The translations under genes were made by a program, and so were the position numbers. A stretch of DNA of 64,000 bases from Lingula anatina (lineage: Eukaryota > Animalia > Brachiopoda), in NCBI GenBank assembly GCA_051362555.1, contig CM120640.1, forward strand, positions 20,584,001 through 20,648,000, in the 5' to 3' direction. This document shows positions 1 to 13,292 of the stretch, in pieces. The first letter of the stretch is position 1. The number at the start of each line of letters is the position of its first letter. The notes beneath the pieces were generated by a model, which worked only from the letters and a program-made list of their open reading frames with translations, was not told where the DNA came from and ran no database searches.

Positions 1-950
1 AATCTCTTACCTGGATCTAGGACACATGCCTCATAGACAGTCATTAGCAACACAAAGGAGCAAGCTTCTAGAATTTGAATCAATGTGCTCAATTTGTTTT
101 GTCCAATTTCAGGTCCCCCATATACTGTTTATAAAGCATATAGTGCACGGGATGGTCCTTTTGCTGCTGGCATGTTTTTGTCAATTGGTATGTTTCTTGT
201 CAAATATTCTGACAAGATAATGCATGGTCTTGCTGTCTTCCCAATTCTCTTTGGCTGGTCCTTATGCAATTGCAATGGCAAAGAAATATCACTGACTCAA
301 AGTGGGCATCCACATAACAATGCTAATACCACACTGTATAATAGTGGATATAGCTATTTGCAATGTTAGCACTGGCCGCACACACCAAATGCCTGTGAAG
401 TTGCCCAAAGCTGGGCTTGTAGGCCTAATTCTTTTAAAGTTTGTTCAGTAACTGGCCAGTGTCTACTTATGGCCATTTGATTCCTTGACTCTGATGTCCC
501 CAAGGGCACAGACTGATAAAGACTTGCCTGGATCAAAGGACAACACCTATACTGTACTTATATAGAGAAAGGACTGCTGTTTGTCCTGGTACAACTAGTG
601 TCAGATCTTGATTGCAACCAAGATTTCCACATGTGTAAAATGGAAATCAAAAAGCATGGTGCCTTCAAATTTTGAATTGGTTCTTGGTTATTACCTACTG
701 GAGTCAATTACATACAGATTATGAAGGTTTCAAGGATGAATTAAAGCAATGCAAGAACATTACTGAATGCAGTAAAGCCATGTCTTTGAAGGAGCAAGTT
801 GAATTCATCCTTTGGACAAGTGCTTTTTTAACTAAAATTTCTCTTCTCTCCCTAACCTATATACCTGTTATCCCTTGACAAATTACTTTAATTTTGCATG
901 AATGCTTTCCAAATAAAAAGTTTAAGCTTTACTAACATTTAGTTGCCAAT

Positions 951-1027
951 GTTGGCCCTGCCTGCAGAAATTGCTACTATGTTGGCCCTGCCTGCAGAAA
1001 TTGCTACTATGTTGGCCCTGCCTGCAG
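951..1027. repeat. 30-bp minisatellite, about 2.6 copies, intronic
   Basis: GTTGGCCCTGCCTGCAGAAATTGCTACTAT is identical at 951 and 981, with a partial copy at 1011. Confidence 0.95.
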
Positions 1028-1112
1028 AGGAAAAAATGGCTTGTTTTACCTCTGCCCAGGGAGTTCGCTAGTGTGTCTTCAGGAAAATAACAACTAACAT
1101 GCATGTTTATAG

Positions 1113-2734
1113 GGCCAGCAAGCATTTCCTCTGGTACTAGCCCTTTGCGATCCCCACTATATGAAGGAATGTTTTTGTCAGATGGTATGTAAAGAATAAT
1201 ATGTTTGAAATATTCTGGTGGAAGTTAAAACTAGTTACAAATAGAATTTTAAATGAAAGCTGTTCAATGTCAAACACAATTAATAAAATTTAAAGCATCA
1301 TTGGCATCTTCAACTATGTTTGACAGCCAGCTAAGACTATTCAGACATTTATATTAAATAAATTCACTTGGTAACCTTTCTCATTATCAACAAAATATAT
1401 ACAATGGGTAGAATTAACCATACAGAAGTAAATGTTTGTTTAAATGTTATTTACTAAATACTATCCCATCTCTAACATACATGTTCACTATGCTTAAATG
1501 GTCATTTCAAATTTCAGTTCAGTTTTGATTTATTTAAATATTAAGATGAACAGCTCATTCTAAATTGTGTAAGATACCATGATATCATTATCATGTTTTT
1601 CCTGTTCTTGGTTTTGTGTGAAGATTATTACACTATAGTACTGATTAATATTTCATATAATTTTTCTAACTTGAATATGTACATATATATATTACAAATA
1701 CCCACTATTTGTATCTACATGCACACCTTTACAACTACCTTTTGTCTCATTGCAGAACCAGGTTACTATGAACCTGACCAGTTTGGAGTCCGTCTAGAGA
1801 CTATAGTCATGGTGGTCAAAGCAAATACACCAGTAAGTAATTTTGGGCAAGATGCTCTAGTATAGTATCAGGAATCATCTCCCTTTTTAACACATTTAAA
1901 ATAACTGCAAACAAACATGTCAAAAAAAAAAAAAAAGAGTTGTTTACAGCACCATTTGTATTACATATTGAAATGGGCTGTTATATTTCAGAACAATTTT
2001 GGCAACAAGACTTACCTCACTTTTAAGCCAGTTACACTGGTTCCCTTTGAGACTCACCTTATCAAGTATGATTTACTGGATGAAAAACAAGTAAGTAACA
2101 TACGGTTTATTCAATGCCCTTGAAATATTTGAACATAACTTGGATGTATGGAATATCTAACATAGAGGCCATTCAGAATGAGAAGAGCCATGCTAGCTAG
2201 GCCACGACCTAAATCTGAATGGCCTCATACTCCCTTTCAATCTTTTAATTTTTTAAGTATTAAAAACATTTTAAAATGCATTCAGGCTCAATGGTGATGA
2301 TATGTTGTGGGTATCAAAATGTTACAATTCTATCTTAAATGGAGCGTCCTGACAGAGCAAGTATGTAGTGACAAGTATGTAAAGTTGTTTAAGACCCCAC
2401 CGATCCCCGTAGGCCGATGTATCTAGGGGAATGGTCCTATAATCATAATGAATCTCTCTGCCTTTCTTTTCTTCTTTCATATGAAGTGATTATATACAAA
2501 GCAATAAATCAAAACAAAAACATTCACTTATTTTTATATCAGACAAAATGGCTTAATGACTACCATGCCGAGTGTATGGAGAAGGTTGGCAAAGTCCTGC
2601 AAGCAGCTAGCAAGACTGAAGCGTACAAGTGGATGGAGGCCCGTGTCCAACAGATTTCTACTAGTGGACAGGCATTTTTGACAGCCAATATGCTGTTGGC
2701 ATTCTGTTTGGTGGTTATAAGTAGAGTACTGTAA
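1113..2734 (+). CDS. Xaa-Pro aminopeptidase (aminopeptidase P, M24B), membrane/GPI type (XPNPEP2-like); last four exons only, 5' part outside the window
   Basis: Exons 1113-1184 (GPASISSGTSPLRSPLYEGMFLSD), 1756-1832 (EPGYYEPDQFGVRLETIVMV), 1992-2090 (YLTFKPVTLVPFETHLI) and 2543-2734 (KWLNDYH...TAA). All are flanked by AG/GT and splice in frame. SDEPGYY..FG.R.E and WLN.YH are characteristic aminopeptidase P motifs. The hydrophobic C-tail (STSG...ANMLLAFCLVVISRVL) resembles a GPI signal. Confidence 0.9.
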
Positions 2735-4451
2735 GATGCAGAACAAATATCTTTGTGTAGTTTTATCATGCTTTTAAGTGTGCCATTTTACTGTTTGTTT
2801 TATAAACTGCAGATTGTTTGCTAAAATTAAGATTTATCTTTCCTATAAAGTTTGTGATTTTCAGAGAAATATTACATAAAAGACATAGTCATGAGCATTA
2901 TGTCCCAGCTTGTACATCTTTTGATAGTGTGGGGACTTTTTTTACATCAGACTTTAGACATACTTACAGTTGTGTTCTGTGGATCTATGAAGTGTTATTG
3001 GCATAAATATACATTTTCAATAATTCTTGCCAGTTGTGCCACAACATAGTTAAATTTATATGAATTTTGTCATTTTACCTCAGAATTCAACTCAATGTTT
3101 GATTAACTGAATACGATTTTCAACATTGTCAAACCACAATTTTCAAAAAATTATTCTAAAATTGGACATTTTTGAGGCATTCTTAGTCATTTATAAAGTG
3201 AAGTTCAACTAAAAACTGTCTTTTAAGCAAAGAATAATAAAAGAGTATACATTTTTACCAATTTTTGTTGCATGACCAAAATGATTAATATATTTTACAA
3301 TCAAAAATTGCTTTTAAAAATATCAGCTTTAAAAAATGATAGGAATTCATTCACTTCAAAAAAATAAATTTAAAGTTTATTTTACCTACATTTACAATTG
3401 TACACCTTTTATAATTGACTTTTTGATTAAGAATGGTTTGCATTAAAATGCATATTAAAAGCAGAGAGATTTTTATTGCAATGATATCTTTAATATTTCG
3501 TATGGCTACAATGAAGTGTATAATAATTTTTGTCACCAATTGTTACATTTTGAAAATAAAAGCTTCAAATTTGTTTTAATTTTGCTGTTGAAGTGTCTTT
3601 TAAACTTCCTTCCAACAGAAAGCACCAAACTATGTTAGAATGTTAAATTAAAAAATATGAAAAGTATATCCATTGCACTGACCAACTTTCAAGAGAAAAT
3701 GTAAAAATGCACAATGCATCTAAGATTTCAGTTTATCATTTATAAAAGGCATATCTCCATCTGTTTGTCAGATGCTGTAAAGCTCACATGATTACTGATA
3801 TGAACTGCCATAAAATTAACCATCGTATAGAAACTTGCTCTGGGCCACAGTAAAACCACGGACACAAGTAAATCTAGGTGTTATACAATTCTGTCTAATA
3901 GTATGTAGATATGACTGTACTTTTCAATTTAAATTATACATATTTTGACATATCCTTCTAACTAAAATTTAAAAAAGTGACAGTTGTTGTAAAGTACTTA
4001 AACATTAAAATGAACAATGTAAAATATTACAAAAAAAAATATTCGAAAAATCTATATCACTGTTCAAACATCAATAATGCAATGAATCTACATTATACAA
4101 GAATAATTGGTTGTTTTGAACAGCTCATGTATTTCAGCTGTATATGATGAAAAAACTTTCAAATAATATGTTCAAACAAGAAAAGAGCAAGGTATGACAA
4201 TCAGTATAATACTTAAAAGCTTTTGTCTCACTTAAAAAGCCATGAGGAGCCATAGTTCTTGAATCCCTCATGGTATTTCTCATGGGGAAAATGACATTCT
4301 TATCCAACCTGGCACATAATAATAACATAAAATATCTGAGAAAACCAGAATGTGTACATATATTTTTAGGAACAGAGGTCTAGACTGGAACATGACTGAA
4401 CAATCATTTAATCTGTCATCTTCTTGAAGATGTCCCCCATTAACATATCTT

Positions 4452-6782
4452 AACTAGAGGATCAGAGAGGCGATACCGCCTCCAAATATTGTACCACCAG
4501 CTGGAGCAAGCGCATTCGTATAGACCCCCACATACACAAAATAAGGGACACAGCCACCAGTTTTGTGCTTGACAAGCTGTAAAAATGCAATCAACAAGAA
4601 TTTTTAAACTATTGCAAAAAATATATATGGTACAATCAAATTTAAGTTCTTCGTAAGGTAGGTCAAGGGTCAATTTCAAGGTCACAGTAAATTGCCAGTA
4701 TATGACTTCCTATTCAAGTTCAAGAGTAACTATGGACCTATCTCTGTCAAGTTTGAAGTTAAAAGAGAAAGAAATTAGCAGAGTTCAGTTCATGATAATA
4801 AGTAGGTCAAAGGTCATTTTCAAGGTCACACTTAGATTGCCAGTATAGGACTTCCTATTCAACTTCAATAGTAACTATGGACCTATCTCAGCCAGTTTTG
4901 GAGATAAAAGGGAAGCAAAATTTGCAAAATTCAGTTCATGGTGAAAAGTAAGTCAAAGGTCAATTTCAAGGTCACATTTAGATTGCCAGTATATGACTTT
5001 CTATTCAAGTTCAATAGTAACTATGGACCTATCTCTGCCAGTTTTGGAGATAAAAGGGAAGCAAAATTTGCAAAGTTCAGTTTATGGTGAAAAGTAGGAC
5101 AAAGGTCAATTTTAATGTCACATTTATATTGCCAGTATATGACTTCCTATTCAAGTTCAATAGTAACTACGGACCTATCTCAGCCAGTTTTGGAGATAAA
5201 AGGAAAGCAAAATTTGCAAAATTCAGTTCATGGTGTAAAGTAGGTCAAAGGTCAATTTTAAGGTCACATTTAGATTGCCAGTATATGACTTCCTATTCAA
5301 GTTCAATAGTAACTACGGACCTATCTCAGCCAGTTTTGGAGATAAAAGGAAAGCAAAATTTGCAAAATTCAGTTCATGGTGTAAAGTAGGTCAAAGGTCA
5401 ATTTTAAGGTCACATTTAGATTGCCAGTATATGACTTCCTATTCAACTTCAATAGTAACTATGGACCTATCTCTGCCAGTTTTGGAGATAAAAGGGAAGA
5501 AAAATTTGCAAAGTTCAGTTCATGGTGTAAAGTAGGTCAAAGGTCAATTTTAAGGTCACATTTAGATTGCCAGTATATGACTTCCTTTTCAAGTTCAATA
5601 GTAACTATGGACCTATCTCTGCCAGTTTTGGAGATAAAAGGGAAGAAAAATTTGCAAAGTTCAGTTCATGGTGAAAAGTAGGTCAAAGGTCAATTTCAAG
5701 GTCATAGTAAGATTGCCAGTATATGACTTCCTATTCAACTTCAATAGTAACTATGGACCTATCTCTGCCAGTTTTGGAGATATAAGGGACTAGATGTTAT
5801 AATTTTGGAGTTACCATAATGTGCCTTAAATTTCGTACAGAAAAAATTAATTAAAATAAAGAAAATGTCATTTTGGTCAAAATTCTTGAAATAGGAGGTG
5901 CTCTGAAGTTTCAGAAGTTCAAATTTGATGAAATAATGTCATTTTTGAACACAAGTTGTCTGCTTTGCCAAGCCTTATGTTTTATTTTTCCAGAGTTCAA
6001 AATTTATTATCCATTACCGTACTGCACATTTTGCTTTTACCACCAATATGTACTTTTTGATAGAGTGTAACTCGAAAACCATATGGAATACAAAAAAAAC
6101 CGAGACCACCCCCAGTGTTGGGCTTTACATGCTCTACAAAATGCAAAAAAGAATGGGTCTCTAGCATTAACGGTTCCCGAATTAGAGACAGTTTTCAGTT
6201 TCGGTATCTTATGGCCGCTACTCCCGTGAAAATGCACCGATTGACCCCAAATTCATGGAGATGAAAGATGACCTGAAGGGTAACACTTTCCAATAATATT
6301 ATTGGTTAAGTCTGTGTGGTGTCTGAATAACAGGGCAAAAAAAATTTTTTTCGTAAAAAATTTCATTTTTTTAAAAATTTTGGCCCATTTGACCTTGAAG
6401 TAGAGATCAAAGGTCAAATCCAAGGGTATATTTGAAATCTACACATATGACTTTTGGAAAGCCGTCTATAGAAATTTTTCCCATAACTCCTTCCGTAGGG
6501 TAGATAATTAGCATTTAATTTTGCCATTTTTAGACAAGGGTGCATTGCAATGAGTGCCACACCCAGACCCCAATACCGACAAAGCCCAAATTTTACGTGG
6601 AACGAGTTGAGATTATAGGTGACCTAAATCCATGAGATGGGTACGGGGGCCCTTACCGTCTAGGAGAAGAAGCGGTAACGGTAGCCGTCCGGTGGAGCCG
6701 GCGGAGCCAACGGAGCCGGCGGAACGATCAGGACGGGACCGAAACCATGTGTACCGCCAGCGCTCACGCTGGTGTTACAATT
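4452..6782 (+). mobile_element. Non-autonomous Helentron-associated element (HINE/DINE-1-like) carrying an internal tandem array
   Basis: 5' end AACTAGAG, then hairpin GAGGCG-ATAC-CGCCTC (4467-4482) and subterminal motif TGTACCACCAGC (4490-4501). The 3' end has a GC-rich CGGAGCCG microrepeat (about 6690-6735), then stem-loop TGTACCGCCAGCG-CTCA-CGCTGGTGTTACA (6750-6779), whose arms match the 5' motif directly and in inverse. No TSD seen. Confidence 0.75.
4657..5790. repeat. 146-bp tandem repeat, about 7.7 copies, inside the HINE-like element
   Basis: The anchor TTGCCAGTATA recurs every 146 bp (about 4691, 4837, 4983, 5129, 5275, 5421, 5567, 5713) with few substitutions. Confidence 0.97.
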
Positions 6783-7323
6783 ACTTTAAATTTGCTCCCA
6801 TGTAAGCTGGTTTTTTTGTTGTTGTTTTTTTTTTTGTACTGCACATAAATTATGAAGCAGTCAGGCCTGCACAATCCTTCAAAAGCACCAATTTAATACA
6901 TAAGCACCATGTCATTTATATATATATATGCAGAAAGAATTGTATTCCTTGATCACATTTGCAGGGACAAAGGGGGGGGGGGGGGGGCTTTATTACCTTT
7001 CCTGTGAGACTGCAGACTCTAAAATGCTGTATTCTGTCAATGCATTTTAGGACTCCTATTGTTGGACACAGAGAAGTTAGAGAAGATATTGAGTCGAATT
7101 GGGTGTTTCAAGCTACAGGCAAAATCATGTAGTTATAAAAAATAAAATTCCCATGCTCCATTGTGAGTAGTTATTGCTATTATGTTTAAATCTGAAATTC
7201 ACTGCATTTTTCCTAGCCGCTGGATATAATCCTCAGCAAAAGGACACTGATGTCCTGAAAAATGTTACTTGTTGGCACATGACACATACCTCATCTGCTT
7301 TCATGGACTGAAATTCAGAAGAA

Positions 7324-9477
7324 TCACTTCACAACCTTGAAACTAGCACTGAGGATATTGTTGGATGCACTACTTTGCATTGGCTGCTGTCCTCCTGCAT
7401 ACACCTGGATAATTCCTGATTGAAATACAGAAATCCAATTGTTGATATTATTATTTCACCATTGTTCATCTAAATGAAAAATTGTTCACTTCTGTAGGAC
7501 TCTTTTACACAACAAATAATAATTATGACAAGAGAATCTCTTAATGCTTATGTACCAAGCGTGGTGTTCTATACTGTGTTGCATGATGTAAGTGAATACA
7601 AACTTGGATAACAATAACGCTAACACTCATTGTTAGGTATACCTCATATAGACCACATTTCCAGTAAAGCTGTTTTGACTTACTGCACTACTACTGAGTC
7701 AGCCAACAATAAGTTTATGATATCACACAATTAGAATAAATCCAAACTAATGGCATTGGATTTGACTCATTTACATTTGAGGTGGGCAAAATAACAGAGG
7801 TATAATATTTCTTGGCTGTCTTATCACATATGTAGCCTGCTAGCCTGACTGAAAATGTGATCTTTTAGGTGCAATATATCTATGGGCTGGGACTGGTCCA
7901 TGCTTTATCATGGTAATTACTTATTAAATTGGAGCAAAATTGATTTTGGTCAAAATATATTTCCACAACACAATGCCTTTGTCAGCATTACTTCAAATGT
8001 TGATGCATAAGGTTTGAAATATCAGTAATGAAGATACCCAATTATAACACTTACCTGGTTCAACAAGAAATCCAAATGTTTCATTCCACACAGCCATTTC
8101 ATCAGCTGTTATTGTAAATTTGTACTTAATTTCTTGTAGACTTTTTATAAATATTCTCTTGAATGCCACTAGTTGGACCCTGGGCATTTTCTCCTTTGTA
8201 TCTGGCCAGGATATATATAGCTGGATAACCTGGGAACAAATTATAAAAGAGCAGCTGACAATTTCTCCTTAAAAAAAACATGAGAAAATGTGTTCCATGT
8301 GGCTATATAATCAAGTAAATATAAAGCGCATACAAGGTGTGAATATTCTGAAACAGTCATAAAACTGGATGTGTATGCCTTTAAACTGAAAGTATGAAAT
8401 AACTAATTCACAGGTATTTTTCAGAATTACAATTTCTTCCCTCCGAAAACTTTTTTTTTCATATCTCACACATATGCAAAAGAATAAATAAATAAATAAG
8501 TGAACTTCACATCTCAAAATCCTTGAACTATATTGGTAAAAGTGGAAAGGGCACTATAAGAGAAGACAAATAATGCTGCATAGGGGGAAAATACAATGGG
8601 ATTGCTCTTCCATTAACAACATACCTCATCTCCATCATACATTCCTGTGTTGGTCACCCCAACTGTGACCGATACACTGCCCCCTGCTAGAACAGTCTGT
8701 GGCCATACATCTATTGTGGTATAGCTAAAGGTGGTATAGGATAACCCATAGCCAAATGGGTACTGTAAAGATCCCTCAAAGTATCTATATGTTCTACCTG
8801 CCATGCTGTAATTGTAGATTGAGGGAACCTGAAATAATGTGTGTTATATGTGTTCAGTTTGATTTTTTTTTCATGTCAAAATATTTTCATGAAAAATGCA
8901 GTTTGATTATAGCTTACTTTATTGCCATTATCAAAATCTATTGCAAAAATTCATTTATATCTTTGCAGACTGCAAGTTGAAGAAATTTTAAAAACTTGCT
9001 ATTTCAAAAAAATTCTTGTCCATAAAATGCCCATAAAATCTCAAGAAGAATGTAAACGATAAACTAAAATAAAAGAACTGTATAGAGTTTAATTTAAATC
9101 AACTCAAAGACTTCAAAACCAACACTATTACACTATTACATATAAATCTGATATAGCTGCTACCTGGCTTAAATATGTTGGCCATGAGTTAGGCAGTCTG
9201 CCAGCAGGATTGGCCTTGGGATCCTCCAACCACAGCACCAGTCTGAGAGCCTCTCCTGTGGCCTGACCAGGGAAGAAACACTCCAGGATAACTGGCACTC
9301 TGTCATTGAGACTCGCTGCAGAAATTTCTAGTGGTCCCGCATTGAATAAGAGCAGGACAATTGGGATGCCATTGGCTGAAATACAACAAATTGAAATATG
9401 GAGGTTTTCCTAAAACAAATTGCCTTTGTAGAGAGTGAAGCATGTTCTGGTCACATCCTTTTGACAAAATGAAATAA

Positions 9478-9513
<36 letters not shown>

Positions 9514-12500
9514 GAAAAAAATTCTGCAGATACTGCATTTGACATGAATTCAAATAACCAGGATATATCAAATCCACAACCGTTTGCCACAGAGGCAAGA
9601 ACTATATTACAATCTAGTGTCACCTGGTGATTGTAACAATATTTCTATAATACCTGCTTGCATGACATCTTTCAAAAGCTGGGGCTGGTTTCCAGGGAGC
9701 TGAAGGTCTGTGCGGTCCTTGCCCTCTGTTTCTACCATAGCACCTGAAATATAACTGGATTCAAATATTCTTCTAATCATCTTGCTTTTAAAGATTATAT
9801 TCAAAGAAAGAAGAAGGTCCATGATAGAGTAACCATCGTGTGAACTGATTTTTTAAGTATCAAGTATAATGGATCATGGAAAATTTTGTTTCTTTGCATA
9901 TATTTCCATTGCTTCAGAGAATAGCCGACTTGAAAATAAAACTAACTGGCAAGTCATTAACTGTATCTACTGGTAGTGATCATGCACATTACTTTCAGGC
10001 AAAAACTACACAACTGTAGCCAGATTGAGGTGGACAAGGCTTCCTTATAATTATTTACTTGATCTCTCCCTTTGGCGTGTACTTGACCCCTGTAACAAAA
10101 GGTCAACCACTTACTACAGAGCTGGATTAAATTATATATTTTTTCAAATCAACTAACCTGTCCCTAAACAAAGAAATATAATTTGTGTTTTGGATACAGT
10201 CTCTAAAATTGTCTCATTGTTGTATTCTTCGCATCTGGTGTCTTTGCAACCAGCTGTAAATTTTGTGTACAGAGCTTTGGTCCTCAATGCTTGTAGGGGG
10301 TTCAGTGCTACAGCAGTGTCGATATTCCCAGAATAGTCTCCAAATAATTGGTCAGTGTTATTTGCCATAGGCCCAATAACCTGGAAATGCAAACTTCAAT
10401 TTGAGAAAAATGACAAAGTTCAATGACAGATTCAAAGTAATGTGTAATATCAATAGATGTAATCTAGCTTTATGCAAACCCCTCTTTCAGTAATGTTTTC
10501 TGAAAAAAATAAAGGAATTATCACAACAGGTCACTCTTTTCCTCATTTTGTTTTACTTTTGGACCCTTAGTATAGTAATTGTAATCACAAAAAGATCAAC
10601 CTGTAAAACATTTCGAAAAAAAAAAAAAATCAATGCTGGAACACATAAAAGATTTAATAAATACTCACAGCTATGGATTCAAATGTCCTTTGAAATGGCA
10701 GAAATTTATCTGTATTTTTGAGCAGCACAAAACTCTTCACTGCTGCCTGCACTGCCAGTTCTCTGTGTGCCAAACTCTGAACTACAGAAATATCAACTTT
10801 ACTGTATGGATTCAATTCAGGAGGGTCAAACTCTCCCAGTCTCATCCTAGTATAGAAGAGGGGCTTTGCTTTTTCTTTTACTATATCAAATGTCAGTTTT
10901 CCGGCACTGACTGCTTTAGGAATAGACATGAACACGCCATCTTGAGCCAAGCGGTGAGGCAACTCCAGGTTTGTCCCTGCCATAACGCTTGCTGCAGCAG
11001 TGTCCATCGTGTTGTTGTAATATCCAAAGACAGATATGATGAATTCCAGTGCACCCATATCACTGATGACGTACCCTTTGTAACCCCACTGCTGCCTCAG
11101 TATGTTATCAAGCATTTTACTATTGACACATGAAGGGATTCCATTGACTCTGAAACATAGAAGTAATGAGTGTTCCATGTTCATAAACCATGTACTTCAT
11201 TAGTCTCATGTTATATCACAAAACTTGTAAATAAACATAAAATAACTGCAATCTTACAATGTCTTTATTTATCAGAAGATCTGCATGCTACAGAATAAAC
11301 CCAGATATGTGTGTAATGAGCCTTTTCACATGACAAACTTTAATATCATGGCGCAATTTAATTTCTTTTTTGTTTTGCACATACTTATTGTAACTGCACA
11401 TGAAGCCCAGGCTGCCAGACTTCACACACTGCTTGAATGCAGGAAGGTAGGTGAGGTGCCAGTCACGCTCTGATATCTGAAACATTGTATTCAATAAGTA
11501 ATAAAATCTAGCCACATTTAGTGAGCAACAGAAACACAAGTACTAGACTAGTACAAAAACGCATTATGAAATAATTAGTCTGATGGAATAACAGAACAGT
11601 TTCCAGATATTTATACATTTTGCCTTCGTGCCTTGCAAATTGGATACATTGCAAATCTGTGTTATGAGTGCATGTTCATAAACACATTGGGATTCAGAGC
11701 TTCTTATGTCAAAGTTTAAAAAAAAATGCTTTGTTGAATAACCTTACAACAATGATACCTAGGAATATTTTGTTTTACATCAGTGCTCATGCCAGTGTCA
11801 CTAAAAAACGATCCTCGTATAAAAATGCCCTTAACAACCCTCAGATAAGTAAGACTTAAGCATATTTTTTTTCACCTCAGAATCATATAAAGAAGAGTTT
11901 TCTGGTCCAGAATAAGCATCAAAATGTTTGCACCCAGCACTGGCCAGGACATATCTGGGGTGGTCACCCTGTAGGCCACGGACATAATGGTCAGTATAAA
12001 CACTGGTCAAGTAAGGATCCTCTCCATAGGTTTCCTAGAAAAAGAGTTTAACAAATACTTTATTGCTGGGAAAATTTTAATGAACAAAATGACACAATCT
12101 AAAGGTGTTCATTTAGGAATATTTTTAAAACATTAATACAGTAATCACCTTATGTCATAACTGACTCAGTCAGACTTGAAATATAGATTATATATTGCAC
12201 AACCTTATGTACAAATGTAAACTGGAAAATGGAATTTTGAGTTTACCAAAAACTACATTATTTTTTGATAAAATTTGATATTGCCTTATCTTGACATAAT
12301 TTTAAAAACCACTAATTCAATAAAAAAGCAGAAATGAGAATCAAGTCAAACTGATTTTAGGCCCCTGCTCCTCTGTAATAAAAATGCAACATAAAACAGT
12401 ACAATACCTGACAATAAATTATACAATGTAAATATTATTCGAAACTTACTTGATTTCTTCCCCACAATGGATGTCTCATGATATTCACAACTGGGCTGAA

Positions 12501-13266
12501 GCAGGACAGTCCAGAGTCATCTCCATACTGACCATACTTGGTGTGGTTATTGTGAACAGCCCGTACTTCCATGCCTATTGCTCTAGACACATTGTAAATG
12601 AGTTCGGGACTGAAAGAAAAGTATAGCTTTAAACATCATTCTGAGATATACATATATATCACTATGTTATACACTTTAATTTATAAATAAAGTTTAATTT
12701 AAAAAGTTAGAATAAACTACAGTGCATTTTAGTGCAAATCGTATTTCATCTCTAAATATGTTGCATGCCTTCTGCCCCTCCTACTTATGCTTTCATCGAC
12801 TAGTATTAAGCGTGACACAAGGCGCACAAGAACGAAAAACTTCTAGTATCAATGAAGTCAATGACATCTTTAAAAAAAACATATAAAGAGAACTGACCAT
12901 GGAAATAATTAAGAGTTGCATGACAAATTTTTTTGACCCAGAGTCATACCTGAATGCAGCAGCTAGTCCGAGAGACTGTGGGAACGATGTGGACCTTCTA
13001 GCATGCACCACACCGTGCAGGCACTCCTGTGTCCACATGTACGGGTGAATACCCAGGCGAGGGATTCCCGGCGCCTGACCCGAAGATTCCATTCCACCGC
13101 TAGCCATCTGCAACGTTAACTCATCGATGCTCAATCGATCCACCAGATCGTTCACGCGATCCTCCCAGCTTAACGAAGTATTTCGGAAAGGAAAATCGGC
13201 TATTAGTGGAAGAATTGACGAAAATAAACACCAAAACACCACGGCGGCCGTTCCACACACCGCCAT
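7324..13266 (-). CDS. Glycoside hydrolase family 3 beta-D-xylosidase/beta-glucosidase-like protein with signal peptide (11 exons)
   Basis: Exons 13266-12950, 12609-12450, 12034-11876, 11476-11385, 11149-10669, 10380-10158, 9743-9654, 9375-9164, 8828-8625, 8229-8055 and 7415-7324. Motifs: PFRNTSLSWEDRVNDLV, TSFPQSLGLAAAF, RHPLWGRNQETYGEDP, CKHF, MCSYN, nucleophile region GYVISDMGA, acid/base region ETEGKDR, GRTYRY, YPFGYGLSYTTF and a C-terminal Fn3-like domain. Confidence 0.95.
9478..9512. repeat. (AAT)n microsatellite in a GH3 intron
   Basis: About 11 AAT units. Confidence 0.9.
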
Positions 13267-13284
13267 GTTTAGTAAATTTCCTCA

Positions 13285-13292
13285 TCACGTGA
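13285..13292. promoter_or_regulatory. Palindromic E-box TCACGTGA (TFEB/MITF/USF type) about 19 bp upstream of the GH3 ATG
   Basis: TCACGTGA is present in the CpG-containing 5' region. Function is inferred only. Confidence 0.35.

Noticed and set aside
1-900. Short ORFs at 26-369 and 672-878 as exons or a decayed transposon
   Set aside because: No aminopeptidase or transposase motif is recognisable. Treated as intron of the aminopeptidase gene.
951-1027. 30-bp repeats as a CRISPR array; ORF 922-1125
   Set aside because: The units are contiguous with no unique spacers, sit in a eukaryotic intron and have no cas genes nearby. The ORF merely translates the repeat.
5084-5681. Three near-identical ORFs (MPVYDFLFKFNSNYGPIS...)
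   Set aside because: They are a by-product of the 146-bp period, with no splice context or protein motif.
10633-11133. 166-aa plus-strand ORF
   Set aside because: It is the antisense shadow of GH3 exon 5.
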